A stretch of 64,000 nt of DNA from a bacterium. Lineage in GTDB: Bacteria > UBA8248. How positions within the stretch are numbered: position 1 is the first letter of the stretch; every line of letters starts with the position of its first letter. A program made the position numbers and the translations under genes. Below the pieces are notes generated by a model that worked only from the letters and a program-made list of their open reading frames with translations, did no database searches and was not told where the DNA came from. Below are positions 23,351-35,692 of the stretch, in pieces. The stretch is from contig CBDBZY010000036.1 of the NCBI GenBank assembly GCA_965213685.1, positions 1-64,000 of the forward strand, in the 5' to 3' direction.

Positions 23351-24430
23351 ATGTTCATGATGTTCCGCAGAACGAAACTCGCAAGATTGTGTTTGTTGCC
23401 CCTCATGGCAGCCCTCGCGACCCTCGCTATGCCCATTTGGGGAGAGGCCGCAGCAAGCGCAGGAGAGAATGCCGTCAACCTCTACTCTTACCGACAGCCT
23501 TTTCTCATCAAGCCGATTTTGAAGGCGTTTACGGAAAAAACAGGCATCAAGACCAACGTTGTCTTTGCGAAAAAGGGCATGCTGGAGAAAATGAAGGCCG
23601 CACCGGGGGCGGCCGATGCGGTGCTCACAGTGGACGTGGGTCGTCTGCACGACCTGGACAAAGCCGGATTGCTGCAGCCGGTCAGCTCGAAAGTTCTGGA
23701 GCGAAACATTCCCTCCGCCTACCGCCATCCCAAGGGCCACTGGTTCGGCCTTACGCTGCGCGGGCGCGTGATATTCGCCAGCAAAGAGCGCGTGAAGCCC
23801 GGGCAACTCAGTCGGTATGAAGATATGGCCAACCCGGAATGGAAAGGCCGTATCTGCATGCGCTCTGGAAAGCATGTGTACAACGTATCTCTATTCGCCT
23901 CGATGATAGCGCACCTGGGCGAGGCGGAAGCCCGGAGTTGGCTGGCTTCCCTCAAGTCCAACCTCGCCCGCAAGCCGAGCGGCAACGACCGCGCCCAGGC
24001 GAAAGCCATCTATGCCGGGGAATGCGACATCGCCGTGGGCAACACCTATTACATGGGGAAAATGGTGACGAACACGAAGCAGAAAGCACAGAGAGAATGG
24101 GCGAAAGCGATCCGTCTCGTTTTCCCGAATCAACAGGATAGGGGCGCTCACGTCAACATCAGCGGTGCGGCTGTCGCGAAGCACGCCAAAAATCGGGAGA
24201 ACGCCGTTCGACTCATCGAGTTTTTGAGCGAAAGCCATGCGCAAAAATTGTATGCCGATCAGAATTTCGAGTATCCTCTGAAAAAGGGCGTGAAGATACA
24301 TCCCCTGGTCGCGTCCTGGGGGAAATTGAAGGCGGATACCGTCAATCTGGCCGAGGTGGCGAACCATCGCGCGCTGGCCTCCCGGCTGGTCGATAAAGTG
24401 GACTTCAACAACTTTCGCCCGAGCAACTAG
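23351..24430 (+). CDS. Fe(3+) ABC transporter substrate-binding protein (FutA/FbpA family)
   Basis: VNLYSYR, LTVDVGRL, WFGLTLRGR, GNDRAQAK, NTYY iron-ligand tyrosines, HVNISG. Confidence 0.92.
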   Translation: MFMMFRRTKLARLCLLPLMAALATLAMPIWGEAAASAGENAVNLYSYRQPFLIKPILKAFTEKTGIKTNVVFAKKGMLEKMKAAPGAADAVLTVDVGRLHDLDKAGLLQPVSSKVLERNIPSAYRHPKGHWFGLTLRGRVIFASKERVKPGQLSRYEDMANPEWKGRICMRSGKHVYNVSLFASMIAHLGEAEARSWLASLKSNLARKPSGNDRAQAKAIYAGECDIAVGNTYYMGKMVTNTKQKAQREWAKAIRLVFPNQQDRGAHVNISGAAVAKHAKNRENAVRLIEFLSESHAQKLYADQNFEYPLKKGVKIHPLVASWGKLKADTVNLAEVANHRALASRLVDKVDFNNFRPSN

Positions 24431-24437
24431 ATAGCAG

Positions 24438-24501
24438 CGTGAAGCCCCCCAAAGTCCCATCCTCCACATATGGCGGCATGCATACTTTTGGGGGCTTCAC
24501 G
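24438..24501. repeat. Intergenic inverted repeat (17 of 18 nt matching)
   Basis: CGTGAAGCCCCCCAAAGT ... ACTTTTGGGGGCTTCACG between the binding-protein and permease genes. Confidence 0.75.
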
Positions 24502-24561
24502 AACCTGAAAAGACTCCGAGAGGCGCTTTCATTTTGATGGATATTTTGCAGCTGGTATGGA

Positions 24562-26256
24562 ATGAGCGCAGCTCTTGATTCCGGCATCGTCGCCTTTTCC
24601 GGGCGCTGGCGAAAATATTTTCCGCTGGATTTGTGGACGCTCGGAACCCTTCTGCTCGCATCTTTCATTGCGGCGCCCATCTTGTCCGTCATCGTCCTCG
24701 CGCTTCGTCCGAGTGGCGACATCTGGATGCACCTGTTCGCGACCGTCCTGTCCCGCTATGTGACGACCACCCTGCTCCTGATGCTGGGCGTGGGGGCTGG
24801 CACGATCCTCATCGGCACGTGCAACGCATGGCTGGTGACCCTGTGCCGCTTTCCGGGACGAAAAATGTTCGAATGGGCGCTTCTTCTGCCCCTGGCGATG
24901 CCCGCGTATGTCGTGGCCTACGTATATACCGACATCTTCGAGTTCGCGGGCCCGGTGCAGGAGGTGCTGCGCGATGTTTTCGGCTGGAAATCTAGCCGAG
25001 ATTACTGGTTTCCGGAAATACGCTCGACCGGCGGTGCCATCTTCGTGATGACGATTACGCTGTATCCGTATGTGTATCTGCTCGCGCGCGTCGCGTTCAT
25101 GCAGCAGTCGGTTTGCATACTCGAGGCGGGCAGAACCCTGGGAAAAACCGCGTGGCAAAGCTTCTTCTCCATCGCCCTGCCCTTGGCCCGCCCGTCCCTC
25201 ATCATCGGGGTGAGCCTTGTTTTGATGGAGACCTTGAACGATTTCGGAACCGTCGATTTCTTTGCCGTGGAAACGCTGACGGCCGGCATATTCGACGTGT
25301 GGCTCAACCTGAACAATATCGCCGGCGCCGCCCAGCTTGCCGTTGTCGCCCTGTGCTTCGTCTTGCTTCTTCTGTGGGCGGAGAGAAAATCCCGCAGCAG
25401 CCAGCGCTACTTCCACACCTCCACCAGATACCAGGCGCTTCCGAGCTACCGGCTGAGGCGCGCCAAGGCGTGGGGAGCGGCGCTTTCATGCCTGCTTCCG
25501 ATAGGATTCGGATTCATCCTGCCAGCGTGCGTCTTGGCCTATTACGCCTGGGGGTTTTACGAGGAAAGCGTTGCGCATCATTTTTATTCGATTCTCTCCA
25601 ATAGCCTGGCCTTGTCATCCGGCAGCGCCGTCCTCTCCGTGGCGATAGGCGCCTTTGTGGCGTATGGCACGCGATTGAAGAAGCACGCCGTGCTGCGGTC
25701 GGCCGCCAGATTCGCCAGCGTGGGGTATGCGATTCCGGGGGCGGTTCTCGCCGTTGGCGTCCTCGTTCCGATGGGAAAGGTGGATGTCGCCCTCCAGGGA
25801 TTTTTCCGGGATTCTTTCGGCATGCCCGTTGATCTGATCTTCAGCGGCACGGTCGCGGCGGTCATGTATGGATACCTGGTTCGTTTCCTGGCGCTTTCCC
25901 ACGGCACGGTGGAGGCCAGCCTGACGAAGATTACCCCCAACATGGACGGCGCCGCCCGAACGCTGGGCATGGGGCCCGCCCGAGTCCTCCAGCGCGTTCA
26001 TCTGCCCATGATCCGTGGCGGCATTCTCGCGGCGGCCATTCTCGTGTTCGTCGATACGATGAAAGAGCTCCCCATGACGATCATCCTGCGCCCGTTCAAT
26101 TTTGAAACCCTGGCCACGCACGTTCACCAGCTGGCCTCGGACGAGCTTCTGGAGGAAAGCGCGCTGGGTGCGCTGAGCATCGCGGCGGCGGGATTGTTGC
26201 CCGTCATCTATTTGAGCCGCACCATCCGGGGGTCGCGTCCGGGAGGGAAACCATAA
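24562..26256 (+). CDS. Fe(3+) ABC transporter permease (FbpB/FutB)
   Basis: Two EAA-like loops (EAGRTLG, DGAARTLG); LPLAMPAY, KELP.T..LRPFNFETLA. Confidence 0.92.
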   Translation: MSAALDSGIVAFSGRWRKYFPLDLWTLGTLLLASFIAAPILSVIVLALRPSGDIWMHLFATVLSRYVTTTLLLMLGVGAGTILIGTCNAWLVTLCRFPGRKMFEWALLLPLAMPAYVVAYVYTDIFEFAGPVQEVLRDVFGWKSSRDYWFPEIRSTGGAIFVMTITLYPYVYLLARVAFMQQSVCILEAGRTLGKTAWQSFFSIALPLARPSLIIGVSLVLMETLNDFGTVDFFAVETLTAGIFDVWLNLNNIAGAAQLAVVALCFVLLLLWAERKSRSSQRYFHTSTRYQALPSYRLRRAKAWGAALSCLLPIGFGFILPACVLAYYAWGFYEESVAHHFYSILSNSLALSSGSAVLSVAIGAFVAYGTRLKKHAVLRSAARFASVGYAIPGAVLAVGVLVPMGKVDVALQGFFRDSFGMPVDLIFSGTVAAVMYGYLVRFLALSHGTVEASLTKITPNMDGAARTLGMGPARVLQRVHLPMIRGGILAAAILVFVDTMKELPMTIILRPFNFETLATHVHQLASDELLEESALGALSIAAAGLLPVIYLSRTIRGSRPGGKP

Positions 26257-26272
26257 GGGTCCCGATGTAAAA

Positions 26273-27346
26273 ATGGCCAAACTCGAGATGGAAAACATAT
26301 CGCACGCCTATGCGACGAAGGTAGTCATCGAGGATTTGTCCCTGACCGTGGGGTCAGGCGAAATCGCGTGTCTGCTGGGGCCTTCCGGCTGCGGCAAGAC
26401 GACGCTGCTGCGCCTGGTAGCCGGGCTCACATCGCTGCAGTCCGGCAGGATTTCCCTGGACGGAAATGTCGTAGCAGAACCTGCCCGCGGCATAGAAGCA
26501 CCGCCCGAGAAAAGGAATGTGGGGTTCATGTTCCAGGACTACGCGCTTTTCCCGCACCTCGACATTTTCCACAACATCACCTTCGGCGTCTCCAGGCCTT
26601 CGCCGGAGAAGCTGGCTGAAATACAGAGGGCGATGATCCAGATGGATATTGTGGAACTGACGAACGCCTATCCGCACACCCTGTCAGGCGGCCAGCAACA
26701 GCGCGTCGCCCTGCTGCGGGCACTGGCGCCCGCCCCCCGCCTTCTTCTGCTGGACGAGCCCTTCTCCGGCCTCGACATCAACCTGCGAACCCAGGTACGC
26801 GAGGACATGCTGGGGCTGATCAAACAAACGGGCGTTACCACGCTGATGGTCACGCACGACCCGCAGGAAGCGATGTACATGGCGGACTACATATTGTTCA
26901 TGAGAGAGGGGAGGGTGGAGCAGAGCGGCTCGCCGCGCGAGATGTACCAGTTTCCGGCCACGGAGTTCGCCGCCCGCTTCATCGGGCAGACGAACATTCT
27001 GCAGGGGATCATTCTGTCGCCCAGCTACGATGAGGTGATGACGACCATTGGCCCCGTGCCGTGCCTCTCCATGCGCGATCTGGAATTCGGCACGGACGCT
27101 TTTATCTCGATTCGGCCCGAGAGCTTTGAAATCGACCCGGACGGCCCCTTTCGGGCCAGGATTTGCAGCATCCGCTACGTGGGGCAATCCATGCTGCTGG
27201 AGGTCGAAATGATGGAAGAGATCGGGAGGGGGCATCGACTGAAAATGCGCGTGCACCCCAACTTGCGGGTGGACGTCGGGGAGGAAGTCAGGTTCCGCAT
27301 CACGCCTGATTTCGTCACGGTGATTGAGGACCCCCTCGACGATTAA
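26273..27346 (+). CDS. Fe(3+) ABC transporter ATP-binding protein (FbpC)
   Basis: GPSGCGKTT, FQDYALFPH, LSGGQQQR, LLDEPFS, TOBE-like C-terminus. Confidence 0.92.
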   Translation: MAKLEMENISHAYATKVVIEDLSLTVGSGEIACLLGPSGCGKTTLLRLVAGLTSLQSGRISLDGNVVAEPARGIEAPPEKRNVGFMFQDYALFPHLDIFHNITFGVSRPSPEKLAEIQRAMIQMDIVELTNAYPHTLSGGQQQRVALLRALAPAPRLLLLDEPFSGLDINLRTQVREDMLGLIKQTGVTTLMVTHDPQEAMYMADYILFMREGRVEQSGSPREMYQFPATEFAARFIGQTNILQGIILSPSYDEVMTTIGPVPCLSMRDLEFGTDAFISIRPESFEIDPDGPFRARICSIRYVGQSMLLEVEMMEEIGRGHRLKMRVHPNLRVDVGEEVRFRITPDFVTVIEDPLDD

Positions 27347-27400
27347 CCGCCTCTCTCTACCCGAACGGACAGGGGCACCTCGCCCGGCGTCAAAGGCACC

Positions 27401-28417
27401 CTATTCCAATCCTTCCCGAACTTTCGGGAACACCTCCTCCGCCAGCATCCCCATCGTCTCCAGGACGAGTGCCTGGGGCATTCCCGGCCATTGAACGCTC
27501 ATGATGAGGTGGTTGATCCCCAACCTGGCCAGCCCCAGAACGCCCTCCGCCACCTCGTCCGGCGAGCCGAGGATGAAGCGGTCTTTCAGGAGATCGTCAA
27601 ACTGCTGACCGAGGTCGTCGTCCCCCTGCGGCATCGCCCTGTCCTGCCCCCATCGGTGATATTCCCGATATTTTATCTCGAGATAGGGCTTGCTGAGGCG
27701 GATGGCCTCCGCCCGGTCTTTTGCGACAAACATCTCGCGCCGCATCGGAAACTCATCGGGAAAGGGTTTGCCGAGTTCGTCGAGCGTCCGGCGATAGAGC
27801 GCGATTTGGCGCCTTGTCGTATCGAGCCGATTGTGCGGATTCACGTAGTAGCAATCGCCCAGCCTCGCCGCGCGGCGGATGCCGGGGTCGCTGTTCGCCC
27901 CGATCCAGATGGGAGGGTGCGGCTTTTGGACGGGCTTCATGGGGCAGGACGCCTCTATCAGCTCGAAGTGGGAGCCTTTCATGGAGACCTTCTCCTCCGA
28001 CCAGAGGCGCTTGATGGCCTCCAGGTTCTCCTCGAGGCGCTTCACCCTCTCCTTCTGCGTTGTGCCGAACCCCCTGAATTCCACCTCGCGGTAGCCGAGC
28101 CCGGCGCCGAATATGAGTTTTCCGTTCGACATCACGTCCAGCGTGGCCAACTGCTCCGCCATGTCCATCGGCTTGTGCAGGGAAAGCAGCACGATGCCGG
28201 CGTTGAGCCGCAGCTTCGGTGCCTCCGCGCTGACGCGGGCGAGAAAGGGCAGCTGCTGAAAATCCTGCAGCGGATACGCGCTATAGTGATTCCCCTTGGT
28301 GATGGACGCGAACCCCAACTCTTCCGCCCTTCTGGCCTGCTCCATCAATTCGCCGAAGCGAACCTGCATATCGTCTTCGAGGGTGAATTGACCCCGCAGC
28401 ATGATGCCGAACTGCAT
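27401..28417 (-). CDS. LLM-class flavin-dependent oxidoreductase (luciferase-like)
   Basis: MQFGI, AEELGF, AEQLATLDVMSNG.L..G.GLGYR..EF, PKP-like 'MKPVQKPHPPIWIG', GSPDEV. Confidence 0.88.
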   Translation of the reverse strand: MQFGIMLRGQFTLEDDMQVRFGELMEQARRAEELGFASITKGNHYSAYPLQDFQQLPFLARVSAEAPKLRLNAGIVLLSLHKPMDMAEQLATLDVMSNGKLIFGAGLGYREVEFRGFGTTQKERVKRLEENLEAIKRLWSEEKVSMKGSHFELIEASCPMKPVQKPHPPIWIGANSDPGIRRAARLGDCYYVNPHNRLDTTRRQIALYRRTLDELGKPFPDEFPMRREMFVAKDRAEAIRLSKPYLEIKYREYHRWGQDRAMPQGDDDLGQQFDDLLKDRFILGSPDEVAEGVLGLARLGINHLIMSVQWPGMPQALVLETMGMLAEEVFPKVREGLE

Positions 28418-28537
28418 GTCTCAGTTATTCCCTTCTCCGGCGAGAATCCTTCGCTTGATAGCGGACGCCTCAGACCGCCGACGTGAGACGATGCGGAGGA
28501 GCGTCATGCGACGCAGCCCCCCTCCCACCACCAAGGT

Positions 28538-29152
28538 CTATTTTTCCATCAGGAACCACGTGACGTCTGCCTGCGGAAAGTAGTTGTCCCGGTGATACCA
28601 GAATCCGTAATCGATGAGTTTCAGGCCGAATTCCTCCATGAGTTCTCCGGCGAAATCGCGCTTGTATAATCGCTCGTCGTGTCCGCGATAGTTCACGGTC
28701 ACCGGCGTCGGATTATAGAACTCGCAGACGAGAACATACTTGTTCGATAGCGCATATAAATTCCTATAAACGTTCCGCAGGTTCGCCGGGCTGATGTGAA
28801 TGAGAACGCATCTCGTAAATACGAGATCATATGTTTTGTCCGTCGCGATCGGCTGGATGATTGTATTGTGGACAATTTCAGCGATTCCATGGTCCTTGGC
28901 GATATTCAAGGCGGTCTCGTTGATTTCATACCCGCAAAGTTCCAATTCCGGGCGAATCTGGCGAAACGCCCGCAGATTTAGCCCGATGTTGCAGCCCAGC
29001 TCCAGAACCGACTCGACGTTCGGAGCGCGCTTCAGAACATCCCCGAATAAAACCGCAAGAATGTTGACAAGCTTCTCGTCTTTATTCCGCTGTATGTATG
29101 CGTTCCCGAACTCTCCGGCCCAAAACTCTTCTTGCTCCGTCTGGTATTTCAT
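28538..29152 (-). CDS. Pseudaminic acid biosynthesis-associated SAM-dependent methyltransferase family protein
   Basis: TEQEEFWAGEFGNAYIQRN, VLELGCNIGLNL, VLIHI.P, YRGH...LYKRDFAGE, TWFLMEK. Confidence 0.85.
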   Translation of the reverse strand: MKYQTEQEEFWAGEFGNAYIQRNKDEKLVNILAVLFGDVLKRAPNVESVLELGCNIGLNLRAFRQIRPELELCGYEINETALNIAKDHGIAEIVHNTIIQPIATDKTYDLVFTRCVLIHISPANLRNVYRNLYALSNKYVLVCEFYNPTPVTVNYRGHDERLYKRDFAGELMEEFGLKLIDYGFWYHRDNYFPQADVTWFLMEK

Positions 29153-29298
29153 GCGCCGACCTCTCCGGGCACGGGCGGCCCGCAAAACCTCGTCTCCATC
29201 GCACTCCCCTCCTCCCCCCGAGGTGCGGGCGCGATTTCGGACGCCTCCGTGATTTGTCATCCCGTCCTCTGCGGGAGCGCCCGGCCACGCATCCCCCA

Positions 29299-32097
<2,799 letters not shown>

Positions 32098-32248
32098 GGT
32101 GGATTGAAAAACGGACCCTTTCATTCATCGCTCCATCGGGCTTTGCGCATCGAAAACCACTTCCCATTACGGGCAGGTTAGCATGGGGTTTGCCAGGAGA
32201 AAAAGCAAATATCCCGGGCGGGAGGAGGAGGCGTCAAACGAATGACCG

Positions 32249-32355
32249 CAACACAACCTCGTCGAACGCGCGAATGAAATACCAATGCCAAAGAGACGAT
32301 TGATCTTGATGAAGAGGAGACAACGCAATCTCGCCAAACGCGAGGATGAAATACC
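32249..32355. repeat. Two degenerate 35-nt direct repeats separated by 37 nt
   Basis: 32249-32283 and 32321-32355 match at 29 of 35 positions; both end ATGAAATACC. Confidence 0.7.
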
Positions 32356-32356
32356 C

Positions 32357-33190
32357 TTAGTGCATGACAGCCCCGGAGTCGACGAGAATCGCCTGGCCCG
32401 TGATGGTTTTCGCATCGTCGCTGGCCAGAAACGCGACCGCTCGTCCGATGTCCTCGGCCGATTGCTCGACCCCCATGGGCGTTTGCTTCACGAAATGATC
32501 AAAAACCTCCCTGGCCGTTTTCCCGTGGAAGTTCGGGAATTTTTTTCGGAATTGCGCGGCCAGCTTCTCCCACATCGCACTCCAGATGAGTCCCGGACAA
32601 ACGGCGTTCACCGTGATGCCCTCCCGCGCCACCTCCCGCGCGAGTGCCTGGGTGAATATGATGACCGCCGCCTTGCTCGCGCTGTAGTGCGGTATCGTTT
32701 CGCGGCCATCCCGACCGGCGCGCGAGGAAATGTTGATCACGCGCCCCCAGCCCCTGCCCTTCATCTTTTCAAGGGCGGCCTGGCAGAGGAGAAAAACGCC
32801 CTTCACGTTCACGTTGTACGTGTCGTCCCAATCGTCCTCGCGGATGTCGGACAAGGGCATGCCGAGCCGGAAGTCCGCCCCGCCGATGACGCCCGCGTTG
32901 TTGACCACAATGTCCAGGCCGCCCAGCTCCCTGACGACCCTCTCCACTACGTCCGCGCATTGGCGCCCGTCCGTCACGTCGAGCGCATACGGTATGGCGC
33001 GGACGCCGAACGCGCTCATCTCTCTCGCCGTCGCCTCTGCCCCGGATGCCGAGATGTCGGCCGAGGCGATCTGGACGCCCTCCTCCGCCAGGCATTGGGC
33101 GATGCCGCGTCCGATCCCTCCTCCGGCGCCGGTGACGAGCGCGACCTTGCCCGGCAGGCCGCGTTCCCTGGAGAGCGGGGCAGGAGACAT
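32357..33190 (-). CDS. SDR family oxidoreductase
   Basis: TGAGGGIG, NNAG, NISS, YSASK, NAVCPG. Confidence 0.92.
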   Translation of the reverse strand: MSPAPLSRERGLPGKVALVTGAGGGIGRGIAQCLAEEGVQIASADISASGAEATAREMSAFGVRAIPYALDVTDGRQCADVVERVVRELGGLDIVVNNAGVIGGADFRLGMPLSDIREDDWDDTYNVNVKGVFLLCQAALEKMKGRGWGRVINISSRAGRDGRETIPHYSASKAAVIIFTQALAREVAREGITVNAVCPGLIWSAMWEKLAAQFRKKFPNFHGKTAREVFDHFVKQTPMGVEQSAEDIGRAVAFLASDDAKTITGQAILVDSGAVMH

Positions 33191-33193
33191 CGC

Positions 33194-33589
33194 CTACCTG
33201 CCGTATCCCGTCATGGCACCACCCGCCTCGCGCCACTCCTCAAAGACCTGGAGGCTTTCCAGAACGGCGGGAACGCCGCTGTATGGCGACATCTGGAAGA
33301 TCACCTCCATGATCTCCCTGTCCGTCGCCCCGTAGCTCCTCGCCGCCGTGAAGTGAGAGCGCATCTGGTTGAATCGTCCGGTCACGCACAGGGCGGCCAG
33401 GGCGCAAAACTCTCTCGTCTTGTGCGGGATGACGTCCCGATCATACAGGCCGCCGTGGACGAACCGTTGGAACAGCATCGAGAAATCAGGGTCGAGCTTG
33501 TTCAGCCGGCCAAACAATTTCTCCGTATAGCCCTCTCCGTATTGCGCATCTCCGCGCCTGATCGCCGGAGGATAAAATTCTTCGCTCAT
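33194..33589 (-). CDS. Carboxymuconolactone decarboxylase (CMD) family protein
   Basis: GGLYDR..IPHKTRE, H..AA...GAT..EI.EV, YSGVP. Confidence 0.82.
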   Translation of the reverse strand: MSEEFYPPAIRRGDAQYGEGYTEKLFGRLNKLDPDFSMLFQRFVHGGLYDRDVIPHKTREFCALAALCVTGRFNQMRSHFTAARSYGATDREIMEVIFQMSPYSGVPAVLESLQVFEEWREAGGAMTGYGR

Positions 33590-33624
33590 TTCCCGCTCTC
33601 CTCGGGGATGGCGTGCGAAAGCCG

Positions 33625-34551
33625 CTATTCCGCCTCGACAATTTTGTTGGTCAGTCGGCCCAGGCCGCCGATTTCCACCTCTACCACATCCCCCGGCACA
33701 AGGAAGGAGGGCGTCTCCCGCGCGTATCCCACCCCCGAGGGCGTCCCCGTCAGAAAGACGTCGCCCGGCTCCAGGGTGAAGCCTTCGGAAAGGACCGAGA
33801 TCATAGACGGGATATCGTGAATCATCATGCTTGTGCTGGAGTCCTGGCGCGCCTCGCCATTCACCCAGCTCCGCACGGTCTGGTTCATCGGGTCGCCATA
33901 GTCCTCCCTGGGGACGATGTATGGCCCCAGCGGGCATGTGCCGTCGAGGGTCTTGCCCTTGAATATCTGTTTATGGCGCCTCTGGATGTCCCGCGCGGAG
34001 ATGTCGTTTGCGCAGCAATAGCCGAAAATGTGCGCGTAGGCCTCGTCCCGGGGTATGTTTTTGGCGCGTTTGCCGATGATGACGGCGATTTCGGCCTCAT
34101 AGTCGAGTTTCTCCGTCACAGGATGGGCGGGAATGCCCTCGTTGTGCCCGATGAGGGTGCCCGGGGCCTTGGTGAAGAAGATGGGGTGGTCGAGTTCGAC
34201 CTTCGCCGTGCGCACGTCCTTCGCCTGCAATCCCTCGTTCACATGGTCCTGATAGTTGAGCCCCATGCAGAGGACGTGCTTGGGGGGATGGGGAACGGGG
34301 GCGATGTGGTGGACGTCGGCGGGGGCCATGAGGACGGGAGCCAGATTCTCGCTGTTGGCCTCCGCCTCCGAGATCAAATCGTGAAGCGCCGGGCCGGACG
34401 CCTCCCAGGCGTTGATGACGTCAATCATGCTGCCGAACGCCAGCTCCCTTTTCCCCAAAATTCCGGCCAGACGCGACAGGTGCGCGATTTTGTCGCCCAC
34501 ATACACGCCGACTCGCTCGAGTCCTCGGTAGCGATATGACAGCAGCTTCAT
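33625..34551 (-). CDS. Fumarylacetoacetate hydrolase family protein
   Basis: CMGLNY..H, FFTK, DYEAE, NDISARD, GKTLDGTCPLGP, TGTPSGVG. Confidence 0.92.
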   Translation of the reverse strand: MKLLSYRYRGLERVGVYVGDKIAHLSRLAGILGKRELAFGSMIDVINAWEASGPALHDLISEAEANSENLAPVLMAPADVHHIAPVPHPPKHVLCMGLNYQDHVNEGLQAKDVRTAKVELDHPIFFTKAPGTLIGHNEGIPAHPVTEKLDYEAEIAVIIGKRAKNIPRDEAYAHIFGYCCANDISARDIQRRHKQIFKGKTLDGTCPLGPYIVPREDYGDPMNQTVRSWVNGEARQDSSTSMMIHDIPSMISVLSEGFTLEPGDVFLTGTPSGVGYARETPSFLVPGDVVEVEIGGLGRLTNKIVEAE

Positions 34552-34584
34552 TCGTATCTCCTCGATGAGATGGCTCTGGAAAAC

Positions 34585-35679
34585 TCAGGACACCCGATAG
34601 CGTTCGATCGCGTCGGGGGTGAATTCCACGCCATGGCCGGGTGCCTCCGGCACGTGGATGTACCCGTCGCGCACGGAAAAATCTTGCGTGAGGTCGTCTG
34701 CCGCGAAGAATTCCATGTATTCGACCATGTAGCCGGCGGGCGTTGCGCCCACCAGGCTGACCGACAATTCATGCGCCAGATGACTGCTGAGGGAGATGTT
34801 GAAGGCGTCGGCCAGGTGCGCGATTTTGATGAACTCCGTCACCCCGCCGCAGCGGCAGACGTCCGGCTGCAGGAACCCCGCCGCCCGGCGTTCGCATATT
34901 TCGCGAAAACCCCAGCGCATGTAGGCGTTCTCGCCCGCAGCGGTGGGCACCATGCTCCTCCCGGCTACTTCCGCCAGGTCATCGACGCAGTCGGCCAGCA
35001 CGGGTTCCTCGAACCAGGCGACGCCGTATTCCGCCAGCATGGAGGAAATCTCGACCGCCTCGCGCACGTTGTAGTTCTGGTTCGCATCGCAAAACAGAAT
35101 AAAATCCTCCCCCATATTTTTTCGGAGGAAGTCGATGCGCTCCCGATCCCGCGCCGTGCCGATCTTCAGCTTGTAGCCTCTCATGCCCAGTGCGGCGGCT
35201 TCCTGCGCCTCTTCGAGCAGCTCGGCGTCCGGCAGCGTGTGCCATCCCCCGCTCCCATATACCGGCGTCTTCTGGCGGAACCCGCCCAAAAGGCGGTTCA
35301 ACGGCAGGCCGGCTGCTTTCGCCACAACGTCCCAGCAGGCGATGTCCACCGCCGAGAGGGCGTACAGGCCCAGCCCTCCGCGCATCCTCGCCTTGTTCGG
35401 CGACCACATGCGGCTCCAGAGCGCCTCGGGGGCCAGGGCGTCCTGCCCCATCGCCAGGGGGGCCAGTTCGTTCTGGATGTATGGCAGCATCGCGGCGCCG
35501 CCCTCCCCGCCGAGCCCCATCGTGAAGCCCGTGCCCGTTGGACCGTCCTCGGTGCGCAGGTGAACGACGATCACGTCCAGGTGGGTATAGGTGCCGAGGG
35601 AGCTTTGAAACGTTTTCCGGAGGGGCACCTGGAGCCGAACGGGCTGGACGGAGCGTATTTTCAACTGGGGGTTTGACAT
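34585..35679 (-). CDS. Mandelate racemase / muconate lactonizing enzyme (enolase superfamily) protein
   Basis: AVDIACWD, KLK, DANQ, FEEP, GEN, QPDV..CGG. Confidence 0.9.
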   Translation of the reverse strand: MSNPQLKIRSVQPVRLQVPLRKTFQSSLGTYTHLDVIVVHLRTEDGPTGTGFTMGLGGEGGAAMLPYIQNELAPLAMGQDALAPEALWSRMWSPNKARMRGGLGLYALSAVDIACWDVVAKAAGLPLNRLLGGFRQKTPVYGSGGWHTLPDAELLEEAQEAAALGMRGYKLKIGTARDRERIDFLRKNMGEDFILFCDANQNYNVREAVEISSMLAEYGVAWFEEPVLADCVDDLAEVAGRSMVPTAAGENAYMRWGFREICERRAAGFLQPDVCRCGGVTEFIKIAHLADAFNISLSSHLAHELSVSLVGATPAGYMVEYMEFFAADDLTQDFSVRDGYIHVPEAPGHGVEFTPDAIERYRVS

Positions 35680-35692
35680 TTCTCCCCTCCGC

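Noticed and set aside
32249-32355. Calling this a true CRISPR array
   Set aside because: Only two copies with six mismatches and no cas genes in the window; kept as a repeat and a finding
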